A DNA stretch of 62,974 nucleotides, filler included, from Octopus bimaculoides (GCF_001194135.2; 12 parts of 11 records of this genome joined end to end with filler, not necessarily neighbours in it); one strand, 5' to 3'; positions 36,890-49,078 are shown, numbered from the whole stretch's first letter. The notes: generated from the sequence alone by a model not told the origin. Made by a program: numbers and translations.

Positions 36890-37165
36890 GTCACCTCTAG
36901 AACTATTAGCAATAGCAGCCAAGTCTCGTGAAATCTTATTCTACCAACTGAAACAAAAAGGACAGGTTGTATATTACACTTTCATTCTTTCGGGGTCGAT
37001 AAATTAAGTAACAGTTGCGTACTGGGATCGATCTAATCGACTGACCCTTCCCCCAACATTTCGGGCCTTGTGCCTAGAGTAGAAAAGAAAGAATATACAA
37101 AGCCTCAGATACACTATGACTGTAGAAAAGATAGAATACTCACGGTTGGAAATCCTTTGACTTTG
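36890..37165 (+). mobile_element. Family F repeat interrupted by a SINE B 3' half (36979-37095)
   Basis: The B tail ctttcattctttcggggtcgataaattaagt..gtgcctagagtagaaaagaa sits between family F-like segments. Confidence 0.65.
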
Positions 37166-37467
37166 GAGATTGTTCTATGAGAATTTATTAATAGTTACAG
37201 AAGAAAGTGGTGAGTTTTCGATTTATAGTAGAATGAAATTATGTGGGATTCATACTTCTCAAATTGCAAACCTAAATCTGACTTTTCGTCTTAAAAAGTG
37301 GCAGATATTTAGAGTTCGGGCTAAACTTGAAGATGTTTTGGTCCCTTTCTTTTCTAGGAACAGCTTCATGTATTGGTAAGCAATCAACAATGTTAAAGAG
37401 CATAAAGATTAAAATTGTAATTAAGGAAAATTTAAATGACATGGGAGACTGGAAGCCATCTGAATTT

Positions 37468-37677
37468 CAAATTTTGGCACTAGGCCGACAATTTCGGGGG
37501 TAGGGATAAGTTAATTACATCGACCCCAATACTCAATCGGTACTTATATTATCGACCCAGAAAGTACAAAAGGCAAAGTCGACCTCGGCGGAATTTTAAC
37601 TCAGAACTTAAAGACGGACGAAATGCCTCTAAGCATTTTGCCCGGCGTCCTAACGATTCTGTCAGTTCGCAGCCTTA
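37468..37677 (-). mobile_element. Full-length SINE family B
   Basis: Reverse complement aligns end to end with 14318-14540. Confidence 0.9.
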
Positions 37678-37854
37678 TAGCCATCTGAATATTGGAAAAG
37701 AGTTATGTATATCATGATGGTTCGCACCAGACATCAAAATACCGACATCATGACTGCTGCTCAATGCTTTGCGAACACTGAAAAGACCGTAAGACGTAAC
37801 AGTGCCCAATAGGAAGGAACACAGCAGACGTTCTGACTGTGTCTGCACGCTCAA

Positions 37855-38007
37855 CTTTACCCCCCACATCTTGGGCTCAGTTCAGATGGCTATGTGAAGC
37901 AGCTGGAGACTGTGGTTAATCACTCGTTGGAGAGGGTCGCTGCTGGAAGGCCATATGTATAACAGCATGATTCGGCTCGTTGCCATATCTCCAGAAAGAA
38001 TCAGATG
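37855..38007 (+). pseudogene. DD37D/maT-like transposase fragment
   Basis: LSSDGYVKQLETVVNHSLERVAAGRPYV*QHDSARCHISRKNQ, the region around the second catalytic Asp. Confidence 0.75.
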
Positions 38008-38280
38008 TTCAAATTCCGCCGAGCTCGACTTCACCAGCCCCAATTTCTGACATCCTAATTCCCCCAATTGTTTTCCTATGAATTATTGTGTGTATGTGTG
38101 TGTGTGGGGGGGGGGGGCAGTTCGAGAAAAACACGGACCGCTATATTTGCAAGGCCGAGGTTGTTGGCCAAGATCAAGGACACTGAAGAACGCATGCATC
38201 AAGTTCCAGAACCGTATTGAAGACGAAGCAAAAGCCGACGGCGGCTACTTTGAGTAAACTGCTATCTCCTAGCCCGTGCC

Positions 38281-38762
38281 AGGGCAACTGATACCAGGAC
38301 AACTGATAACTCATACCTGGACAATTGATATCTAGGACAACTGATGTATAGGACAACTCATACCAGGTATAAAGTGATTAATATTTAATTTTNNNNNNNN
38401 NNCACACACACACACACACACACACGCACACATACACACACACCACAACCACACCACATACAGAGGCACACAAACACACATTACACACACCACACACACA
38501 CACACACACACACGCACACATACACACACACCACAACCACACCACATACAGAGGCACACAAACACACATTACACACCACACACACACACACACACACACG
38601 CACACATACACACATACACACACACCACACACACAAATACATACCGCACACACACGTACACACACGCATACACACACGCAAAATTTCTTCAAAATTAAAT
38701 CTTTATCACATTATACCTGTTATGAGTTGTCTGGTATTACTTGTCTGGGAATGAGTTGTCCT
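38281..38762. mobile_element. Foldback-like MITE with internally repetitive TIRs and a (CA)-rich core
   Basis: Left arm: repeated ggacaactgata/ggacaactcata units, then ccaggtataaagtgattaatatttaatttt. Right arm: the reverse complement (aaaattaaatctttatcacattatacctgttatgagttgtc...gagttgtcct). Confidence 0.75.
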
Positions 38763-38934
38763 CGTATCTGTTGCTCTAGAACCTTCCCAGCCATAATCGA
38801 ATGTTTTCCTTGTATTCTAGCCTGGCTGTAACTAAATTTCTCCTGTTCTGTCGAATCTCTGATATCACAGGTGACTATGAATCGGCACTCAGTGAGAAGG
38901 GTACCGACAGGCGTCCTGACTGCCTCCACACACC

Positions 38935-39038
38935 ATCGTTCGACTTCACATCCTTGAACAGACCCTTAAGCTCGGTTTAGACGGCTATGTGCAGCTGTTG
39001 GATACTGTAGTCGATATCGGGTTGGAAGGCCATATATG
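38935..39038 (+). pseudogene. Second DD37D-like transposase fragment, between 44-bp direct repeats
   Basis: LKLGLDGYVQLLDTVV..(G)RPY-like sequence; direct repeats at 38827-38870 and 39039-39082. Confidence 0.55.
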
Positions 39039-39554
39039 TGTAACTAAATTTCTCCTATTCTGTCGAATTTCTGATATTACAGTGAGTGTGTGTGTGTATT
39101 TGTGTGGCTGCGCGCGTGCGTGTGCGTGTGTGTGTGTTTGTGTCAGTGTTTAGTTTATGTATTTTAACGGAATAGGAAATCAAAGTGCAAAAACGAAATC
39201 AACAAAACCTCGAATAAAATATTCAAAGTATTATATACGTCTGAGTACAAAAAAATATTTTGAAGCTATTATAAATGATTGTTAAACCAAGCGGTCGTCT
39301 TATACGCCCCATGTAACATCTAATCCATTAAAATCGATCATGGCAAACATCAATGGGTGGTCTACTTCTTACTGTAATCTATTATCAAAGTCAATGACTC
39401 AGATGCGTTGAATGTACAAGATTATCTTAGTGGAGAAACCTTCGCTGACGTGATCTCGTATATCACAATACGTTAACACTGAAGACTATTATAGAAACCA
39501 TTTTACTTACACAAACCGTCTTACAGATAGTCACGTCACCAAAGAAGGGTCTAC

Positions 39555-39725
39555 ATTTACTTGGTAGCTTGACCTGCTAGAAATAGCAGTCAACCCACCC
39601 CCCTCAAATCACTCTAACAGCAAAAGTCCTGAATGTCAAGGAAGGCAAAATGGCCATGGTTGTAACATCTTTGATCATAGGTCTGCTCAGTTAGTGCTGA
39701 TCAGGTAATAAACAACAACAACAAT
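39555..39725 (+). mobile_element. Family F repeat with (CAA)n tail
   Basis: cttgacctgctagaaatagcag..tttgatcataggtctgctc..taaacaacaacaacaa. Confidence 0.6.
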
Positions 39726-40388
39726 ATCCTTTCTGACAATGTATGCCAAATAAGTGATATGATTCTACGTCTGTCTTATTAATCTTTTTTGTAATTCACC
39801 TCCGATCAAAATTTATCTATGAACAAAAGTGTTTTAGCCATCTCGTCTTATTTTTTTCAGACATAATATATCTCCATAGCTATATCAAGCAATATTTAGT
39901 TACATTTTTAAGAAAACCAGGTATGACAAGACGGATATTTGAGTGATGAGCCAGGGATAGTTTTAGCCGTGAAGAGACCGTTTAAATGTTCTTTTGCTGA
40001 TTCGGATGTACAGAAATAAAAGTAATGTGTTAATAGCTCTGTGGAAAGTGACGGTTTTTATCTTGGGACATAATCCCAAGGAACGCACTTTACAACCTGG
40101 TATGCTCGATTTAAGATAGATAGAAAGGGGGAATTTTTCAGAACGTCTATTCACTATAGATGCGATAACAGAACAGGGTTGACAACTCTACTCTAACAGA
40201 CCAAAACAAAAAAATGTACTGAAAATGTGTTCAATTCATATAACATAATATGGGACGATATGGAGCGATATGGGACGGTGCTGGCTTTCGACTGAAAGAA
40301 GAGACGAACAGGTAAATAAATGGGCAAACATCTACTCCAAGGAGTTTGTATTACTTCCGTCCAATATGCGGTGGTGAGTAACGAAGAT

Positions 40389-41029
40389 GAGTCGTTAGTT
40401 AATACTTTTGAACAGATAATACACTGTGGTAAAAAATAATCTTCTACACTGGATACAATACCATATTTGATGTAATCTTCGTGATATCGTCTACAGAATC
40501 TTTTTTCCGAATCGGTGGACGGAGAATTAAGGGAACGTTTTTCCATATCATTAACAGCAAAATTTCTACAGATTACAATTAGACTAATACTTGCATAAAA
40601 ATGTACGTACTTAGAGAGATAACACAATATGTTGGGTAAGCTGTAAGAACCGCGGTTTCGTTAGTAATCCTCAATTCAAAAGTCAGATAGAAAACACGAT
40701 CGCGTTGACCAGCCGAGAACACACAATTTTTTGTGTGTTTTTAATGCGCGCAAAGTGGATCCGATTGTGCGCGTCTGTACCAGTCTGGTACGCATCCGTG
40801 TATAATTAGATAGCTAATCGTCCAATAGGCAATGAGTGCACTCGTATGCGCTCACGCATATGCGATGGGGCATGTTTCGTTTGCGCGACATGTGCGTGTA
40901 CAGAAAAATTTTAATTCTTCAGGTGGACCACAGAAAATTTTCCACGGATCATCTGAATTTTCTTGTGGGCCACCTGGATTTTCCTGTGGACTACCTAGTG
41001 GTCCACATGGACCAGGTTGGGGACTCCTG
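40389..41029 (-). mobile_element. hAT (Charlie/Buster-like) transposon 5' end with a truncated transposase N-terminus
   Basis: Terminal CAGGAGTCCCCAACC (minus strand, from 41029); subterminal gtggac/gtccac repeats; flank ctttagat resembles the nnnTAnnn target. Coding 40546-40389: RRYHEDYIKYGI..LPQCIICSKVLTNDS (BED-finger start). Confidence 0.8.
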
Positions 41030-41252
41030 CTTTAGATTTTTAGATCTTGGCTTTGATACAAGCCTTAGTTCTTAGCTTTAAAGTAACGTATGTTATAGGG
41101 CAGGTTTTTAAGAATGCAAGGCTGAGGTGTTTAATTCCTAGCAGTAATACCCACCGACATAACATTCCAGTTAATTAATAGGTTTTTCTCAGTCTCTGTA
41201 GCATTAGAGACTGTGTGGCAAAGTTAGAAAACATTCTTAGTTATTATACTTT

Positions 41253-41480
41253 CGGAGACAGCAAACTGACTGGATCGTCATTGTGCCGTACAAAATACTT
41301 AGCGGCATTTCTCCCGGCTCTTTACATTATGAGTTCAAATTCCACCGAGGTCGACTTTGTCTTTCACCCTTTCGTGGTCGATAAAATAAGTACTAGTTGA
41401 GCACTATAGTCGATGTAACGACTAATTCCCACCCTCAAAATTACTAATCTTGTGCTAAAGTTAGCAATGATTATTATTAT
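41253..41480 (+). mobile_element. SINE family B
   Basis: gagttcaaattccaccgaggtcgactttgtctttcaccctttcgtggtcgataaaataagtact; ATT tail. Confidence 0.85.
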
Positions 41481-42539
41481 ATGTTCGGATCACTAAAGAT
41501 TTATTTATTATTAAGCAGACAAAATGACGAGCACCACAAGAATACACGAAGCTGGTTGTTTATGAAAATCAAAATGAAGACTGAAACATATTAAATAGAT
41601 TAATTCCATTCTGTGTACAAACCATTGAGAATCTTACAAAACTCAATCAACAGTAGAAGTTTGATTATTACATAGAGACGAAGGCGATAAATAATTATAA
41701 TACTGTTACAAAACTAATATCAATTGGCACTATCGCCTTTATGAGATATCGGTTGATTTGTCGACAGGAGGCGAGGAGGATGGAAGGTTAAGTTGTATAT
41801 GTGTATATGTGTGTATATGTGTATGCAAGTATGTCTCAATATTTATGTATGTATATCTATATATGCATATGCATGTGTGCATACAGTACAGATGTGAACA
41901 TATACACATACGCACACATATACATATACATGCACACACAAACACACACACATACACACCCAAGCATATACACACGTACATACACGCGCGCACACACGCG
42001 CGCGCACACACATGTATATACAAACGGAGGGGCAAGGGGATGTCCTGTATAGAGTGTACAATTTATGAACTGTCTAAATTCATATCAGTATCTGAGGTTT
42101 CACATCAACGTCTTCTGTCTATGAAATTTGACTGAAGCCAACATGGCGAGCAGGACAGTAAGCCACGTGATAGTAGTGATCTGCATTTAGAAAGAGATTC
42201 TGTTCATGGCGCAGTCTTTGGCAAGGTTTATGTAAGAGCAGTAGCTATATAAGAGCAGCGATTCTCCCCTCCCCGCACCACTGATGTTTAAAGGAAAGAT
42301 GGGGTCCAGTATAGCGTGACCCGTTGTTCTCGCAGACATTTTCATCAGAACGCTAAGAGTAACAACAAATACTGCAAGACTGTGCCAAACCAATGCCCTG
42401 CGCTAGTGTTTTATATATTTAACCGTAGAAAGACGTAGAAAGACGTAGAAAAGCAATTTGAGATAGAGACACCAAGATAGTACCGTCAGTCAAAGAACCA
42501 AAATACAGAGTACAGAAAATCCAGTGTTTCAGAGAATAG

Positions 42540-42990
42540 CTGAAACTATTCAAGAGGCTGTACAAGAGAGCAAGGTAAGCTAGGCGGTTCTAGCAGATTT
42601 TCGAGCATACCATATGAAGGAGCTCGGGTGGGGGGTAAAAACAAAAAGACATGCATTCCTAGCTAGCCCATATAAGTTGACAAAACAACTCTTTTGTAAA
42701 AAGAAAAGCAATCCCTTAATTTAGTCGTAGTGAGCCATCAGCGATGATATCAAGTGCACTTATAGCGACATCAGAAGCGACCAGCCGTTGGGTTCTTCTA
42801 ATGTGGTAAGAATTCCACTAGAGCCAACAGGAGAAGTCAATCTAAAGAAGTTATATTTGAGTGAAGTGAAAGACGTGGTAAAAAGGGCGAGATGTACTTC
42901 GGCACCAGATCCGTGTGATGGATCTTATAAAATCTATAAGAATTGCCAAAATATACGCCATCAGCGTGGAGGAACCTAAAATTGTCCTTC
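42540..42990 (+). mobile_element. R2-superfamily (HERO/NeSL-like) non-LTR retrotransposon, pre-RT fragment
   Basis: KRHAFLASPYKLTKQLF, then TYSDIRSDQPLG..EPT..SEVKDVVKRARCTSAPDPCDGSYKIYKNC, resembling the pre-RT KAR..SAPGP..YK.YK.C pattern. Confidence 0.65.
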
Positions 42991-43249
42991 TATGGTCTGG
43001 CAACGAACATGCAATAATCAGGTCAGTTGAGAAAATTCCAGAATCCCTTCAGCAAATTAAGAATAATTATCAGAAACTTCATAAATGACCCCATTAACAA
43101 CAAAGCCACCCCAAAGTCTCAACAAATGCTGATATTCAAGATTTCTGATGATCTTTACTGATGGCCCTACATACACAACTTCGACTACCAGAATTTTAAA
43201 CGCTCAGCATAAAGGAACATAATTAAATAATAACACTCGAGCATTTAGT

Positions 43250-43520
43250 CTGTTGCTTTACTAATTCCACTATCTACCACCATTTTCTTCGCTCGCCTGG
43301 CTGTTCTACAAACTACCCCCATTTTTTTTCCAAACCTAACGAATCCGCCAGGCACAGCCGTTTTCTTAATTGCTCTACCGGTTCTATCACCCACTCCATT
43401 TTTGTGTACTACCGAATCTACCACCCACCACCATTCTGTCCGACGTTCTATCTGTTCTGTCATCAGCACCTTTTGTGCACTGCTCTACCAAATTGACTAT
43501 TCCACCATTTTTTTCAAGAC
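43250..43520. repeat. Degenerate short tandem units ending in ccaccatt(t)n
   Basis: About five units of the form (g)ctctacc/ttctac..acta..ccaccatttt. Confidence 0.5.
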
Positions 43521-44032
43521 CGTACAGATTTTAACACCTATCGCCATTTTTGTATCCATAAATTAAAGTACTGGACATAAATAATGTTTTAATTAACTTT
43601 TTACCCGTTATTCGACGAGAATTTATTTTTACTAATGTGATTAATATCAGGTAATGTTATATTGGTATAATAATTATAATTTTACTGTTATAAAATTTCA
43701 TGGCGTTCGTATAACATAATGAAATGAATACTAATTTTCAAAATAAAAATAGTTATTAAATTAAAATAAAATCGAATAAAACGTCTAATTTGTATATTTG
43801 TAATAAATATATGTTACGGGTAACAATAGCAACTATTTTATATTCTACTCGCAATTAATTACAAACCTAACATATTCATTAATTCCATATAAGGTAGCGT
43901 GACATTTTTAGCGTGACCAAGCAATAACCAACATCGTGTATTATTAGTATTGATTTTAAACACCACCTGTAAACTTAATTCTCGGTTTCTATGTTGCTTA
44001 GTTATTAGATTTATAGCTGATATTTTGATTAT

Positions 44033-44089
<57 letters not shown>

Positions 44090-44363
44090 NNNNNNNNNNN
44101 NNNNNNNNNNNNNNNNNNNNNNNNNNNNNNNNNNNNNNNNNNNNNNNNNNNNNNNNNNNNNNNNNNNNNNNNNNNNNNNNNNNNNNNNNNNNNNNNNNNN
44201 NNNNNNCTTGTTTTCTACGATGATGATTCAATGGCAAAATGCAATGCTACATTAGTTGAAATAATATTGAATTAATGATCTTTGTAGTGTTGGTGTATCG
44301 ATGTCAACCGTGAAATCTTTGTGACGGTGCAAAAATTTCAGTCACAAGCAAATTCGCTTTTTA

Positions 44364-44440
<77 letters not shown>
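44364..44440. repeat. (ATT)n microsatellite
   Basis: Direct reading. Confidence 0.97.
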
Positions 44441-44443
<3 letters not shown>

Positions 44444-45514
44444 TTTCATTTTCATGTAAAATAATGCTGAGATATTCTGTAGAGGATCGTCGATGTTATT
44501 GCCAACTCCACGATTAACAACCACAACAACAAAAATCGAACAAAGGCAAAATAGAAATAACCGTTGCGCTATTATTTTTTAATAACCTCATTGATCCATT
44601 GAGAATGCACTCAATCTTTTTCAGGCTGCATCCACAATGTATTATCACACGAACCATAATTGATTATTTAATTTCCCTTTTATAATTCCCTCAACAGTGT
44701 GAGAATAAAGCAAAACGTTGTCATACAACGGGAGAGAATTATTTGATATCCATCAATACTAATGGCCATATCATTGACATAAATGCAATCCGAACATGCT
44801 TCCATGTTCGGCTTGCATTTATGTCATTTTCTCTGATGCTATGTCATTAATTCTGACTATTTTCTTTCTTTGATACAATTATTTTATAAAAGCATTTGGT
44901 TTCCATTCGTTTTAAATATTCTGTTTTTAAAAAGAATCAGAATTTGAAGATCCAAAACATCAAAACCTTTCTAAGAATGAAGTCTGCGTATATATATATG
45001 TATGCGTGTATGCATGCATGTATGTATGTATGCATGTATGTATGTATGTATGTATGTATGTATGTATGTATCTATCTGTCTGTCTGTCTGTCTAACTAAC
45101 TAATTAACTATTTATTTTTATATGCATATGCATATATGCGTTGAGGGTGTATTTTCTTATTTTGTACTGTTGAGCTTATTTTTGCAACTTCAGTCGTGTT
45201 TTGTATCTAAAAACCTTTTATTTCTCATAGAAATTACTTTTATTCAAATATTGTTTGTAGAATCATAAATTATTTGTAACATTCTCACACTATATAAAAT
45301 TAAAACAAGTCGAAAGGAATGTTTTTGTAAGTGCTCGATTAACGGATTAGCAGGAAAACGATTTGGCAGATTAACTCATACCAAATTTAATTACTGTGGG
45401 AAAGGATGGATTTTTAAATTAATTGGTTTACTAAATTCGTAATTGGAATGCAATGGCCGGCAGATAAGAGTTGAACTAAATTGCCTTGCGAGGATCAGTT
45501 TTTGGTATTTACGT

Positions 45515-45665
45515 TCAAAGTTTAAATGTCACTGTAATCGACTTGCTTTGAATTTTTATCCCTCTTTTGTCGATAAAACAAGTACCAGTCAAGCATTGGT
45601 GCTGATTGAATTAACTATACTTTCTTCTCTTAAATTCCTGGTTTTGTGCCAATGTTAAAACATTA
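45515..45665 (+). mobile_element. Degraded SINE B core and tail
   Basis: tttatcctcttttgtcgataaaacaagtaccag..ctggttttgtgccaatgttaaaacattatt. Confidence 0.55.
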
Positions 45666-46144
45666 TTAAATTCGGTAACTTGAGTATTTAAAACGCATAC
45701 CACTTCTATTAGAAGATGTTTGGCTTGTATTTCGTTCATTGCATGGCTTTAATCAACGCTTATCGTCTTTTACAGCTGTTTTCTTTGGCAAAGTTTTCAT
45801 ATGTTGCCTTTAAAATAAAACCTATTATTGATAAGATGTCTTTCATCTTATACATACATACATACACACAAATATATATATATGTATATATATATGTATA
45901 CATACATGTATACATATATATANNNNNNNNNNNNNNNNNNNNNNNNNNNNNNNNNNNNNNNNNNNNTTAATTAATTAANNNNNNNNNNNNNNNNNNNNNN
46001 NNNNNNNNNNNNNNNNNNNNNNTATATATATATATACATATAATATTAGGGATAAAAATCTAAATTTACAGGTAAAAACTCAATTAAATTCAATTTATTA
46101 AAAATTAAAATTAAATTAAGTTTCACAGTATAAAATATATAATA

Positions 46145-46450
<306 letters not shown>

Positions 46451-46475
46451 ACATATGTATATATATATATATATA

Positions 46476-46893
46476 CAGGGGTTGGACAAAATAACAGAAA
46501 CACTTAGTATCAGAGCATCATAATTTTGAAATATCTATTAAACCATCAAAAGCTTGTTCATTTTTGTGTTCTTTGATTTATTATTAGTGTTGCTTAATAT
46601 GTTTTGCTAAAATTACTGTTTCTTTTGAGATATCATCAGAAAAAGGTAATTAAAATTCATTAAAATGACAGATCTGTCAGACTTTCAAAGAGGTCACATT
46701 GTTAGTGTTCATATGGCAGGTGCTAGTGTAATGAAAACAGCCAAAATGTTTGGTATATCAAGGAGTACTGTCTTGAAAGTAATGACAGTCTTTGAGAAAG
46801 AGGGAAAAACCTTCTCGTCGGAACAAAACTCCAGAAGAAAACCAAAACTTTTGGATAGGGACCGTCAGACTCTTATGTGAATTGCTAGAAAGG
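46476..46893 (+). mobile_element. Tc1-family transposon 5' end with a truncated transposase
   Basis: TA-CAGGGGTTGGACAAAATAA start after (TA)n. 46665-46880 encodes MTDLSDFQRGHIV..AGASVMKTAKMFGISRSTVLKVM..RRKPKLLDRD, a Tc1 paired-like HTH with a GRPR-like motif. Confidence 0.88.
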
Positions 46894-46963
46894 AATAAGA
46901 CATTAGCTTTTGTTTTGTTTTTTGCAGCAACATACTTTTGAAGCAACACTGGCAGAACAACAG

Positions 46964-46964
<1 letters not shown>

Positions 46965-47002
<38 letters not shown>

Positions 47003-47085
47003 GCAAAAACATCATCATCATCATCATCATCATCATACTCGTCATCCTCGGTATCACCAACATCATCATCATCATCATCAAAAGC
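46965..47085. repeat. (CAA)n and (CAT)n microsatellites
   Basis: Direct reading. Confidence 0.95.
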
Positions 47086-47250
47086 AAATGGTAGAACTGG
47101 ATATACAACTGGTAAGTTTATATGAAATCCTGTTTGTTTTTTTTTCATTTGAGTGGATGGAGAAAGAAGAGGGTACAGAGGGTTAGGGTTAGGGTTGGTA
47201 GAGCATCAGGTGAAATACATTGTTCTATTGTGTTCAAATTTGGGCCTAGG

Positions 47251-47510
47251 TTTAAAGTAAAGGTGAATGTTACTCCTTTGAGCCATGCTGACTCATAAGG
47301 ACCAGTTTCATGGTTTCCATGGCGTTTAAAATCCTACCTGGATGGGACTCTGGTCTGACGCAGGGTAACTAATTTTTGCCAGGTGAGTGGACCGGAGCAA
47401 TGAGAAACCAAGTGTTTTGCTTAAGAACGCAACATGTCACCTGGTCCAGGAATCGAACCCACAATCTTACGAGCATGAATCCAACACCTGAATCACTAAG
47501 CCACATGACT
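47251..47510 (-). mobile_element. SINE with a family C-type head and a third tail type
   Basis: Minus-strand head gtggcttagtgattcagg..gggttcgattcctggacc..gcgttcttaagcaaaacac; the tail differs from those at 13206 and 50093. Confidence 0.75.
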
Positions 47511-47514
47511 AAGC

Positions 47515-47760
47515 TACGCTCAGACGTAGGGTCTTCCAGCAACCACCCTCTTGACCCAAAGCAGCACTTCCTCCTCCTGGCATTTGATGTAGGTCTCCAT
47601 GTTGAGTTTGAGGCTGTGTGGGAAGATGAATGGAAGCATAACATCGCCATCATTAGTGATCACTCCAAACACCATAATGTTGACTGGATTTTTTACTTTT
47701 ATCACTGTCGGTACATCTCCTCTGATCGACACCCAAACACTCTGAAATGTTCATATTGGT
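47515..47760 (-). pseudogene. DD37D/maT-like transposase fragment
   Basis: DVPTVIKVKNPVNIMVFGVITNDGDVMLPFIFPHSLKLNMETYIKCQEEEVLLWVKRVVAGRPYV. Confidence 0.85.
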
Positions 47761-47954
47761 GCTTTCGGCATGAATGCCAAGCAGTACAGCATGTCGTTCC
47801 AAATTCCTGGCAGAGTGAATTGTGTCATGGTGCTGTTTTTCTCACAGACGGTGCCCAACTGACCCTGCTATACTGTGTGGTCAACAAAATCAAAAGCAAA
47901 CAATGTGCATGCACGAAATTAAAAATATAAAATGGCAACAACTTACCCATCACA

Positions 47955-48160
47955 CCCTACACAAAATGCTTAGCGGTATTTCGTCTGTCGCTACATTCTG
48001 AGTTCAAATTCTGCCGAGGTCAACTTTGCCTTTCATCCTTTTGGGGTCAATTAAAATAAGTACCAGTTATGCACTGGGGTCGATATAATTGACTCAATCT
48101 GTTTGTCTGTCCTTGTTTGTCCCCTCTGTGTGTAGCCCCTTGTGGGTAATAAAGAAATAA
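47955..48160 (+). mobile_element. SINE family B core with an alternative tail
   Basis: The B core, then gtttgtctgtccttgtttgtcccctctgtgtgtagccccttgtgggtaataaagaaata. Confidence 0.85.
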
Positions 48161-48699
48161 CACACACACAGACACACACACACAACAGACTTTCCCATTG
48201 AAGACTATGTATGAGTGTTCAGTGAGAGGACAGAAAAAAAAAATCCAACCAAATAAACAAATCAACAACACACTCACATTACTATTACAACCATTCACTA
48301 AATGTTTACAATTCATTCACTTCACCTGGTAACTCTTCATGTGAGTTCTCAGGCCACCAAAAGCAATATGGATATGAGCATGAGCATGACTTATTAAGCC
48401 ATCATGTGATCTACCTGAGAAATCACAAAGAGGACAATGGTGGTTTGCAGGAAGACTCTAGTTCTGTTGGTTTATTCTCCTATTTTCCTGTAACTACTCT
48501 TGATAAAGTACCCTCTGAGTTTCGAAAGTATGTATTTACTATATTTGATGATACAAAAGAAACATCCCAATTTAACAGCACATATTCAGGACAAATAGGT
48601 TTTAATGCATTAAAGCTTATGGGAGATCCAATTTCATATTATAGGACCTGGGACAATATTTTGAGACATTTTTTTTATTTTAGAAAAAATGTACACCTT

Positions 48700-49078
48700 C
48701 GGTCATAAGTGACCATGGGATTGCACCTAGAAAGTTACCCTCCGAGGTACAAGTCCAGGCAAGGTTGTTTATGGAAGACCAGCAGTCACCCATGCATACC
48801 AGCCTCTCCTCTCCATGTCACTGATGTTATCCAAGGGAAAGGCAAAGGGGCCGATACAGCTTGGCACCAGTGATGTTGCAATTCATTTCTACAGCCGAGT
48901 GAACTGGAGCAACGTGAAATAAAGTGTCTTGCTCAAGTGAAGGTGCATGGCTCAGTGGTTAGAGCATCAAACTTATGACCGTGAGGTTGTGAGTTCGAAT
49001 CCCGGACCTGGCTGCGTGTTGTTTTCTTGAGCAAGACACTTTATTTCACTTGCTCCAGTTTAGTCAGCTGTAGAAATG
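48700..49078. mobile_element. Family C SINE (tail type 2) with an inverted head and a 53-bp duplication
   Basis: 48700-48936 matches 50100-50340 (minus-strand body); 48937-49078 is the head on the plus strand; 48884-48936 and 49027-49078 are inverted copies. Confidence 0.88.

Noticed and set aside
38281-38370. Short repeats with variable spacers resembling a CRISPR array
   Set aside because: Eukaryotic context, spacers of only a few bases, an inverted partner arm, and no cas genes.
40174-40190. cagggttgacaac as the other TIR of the hAT element
   Set aside because: Weak match, and the adjacent 8 bp (taacagaa) do not match the candidate TSD ctttagat.
47180-47196. (TTAGGG)-type repeat
   Set aside because: Fewer than three units; too short to call an interstitial telomere.
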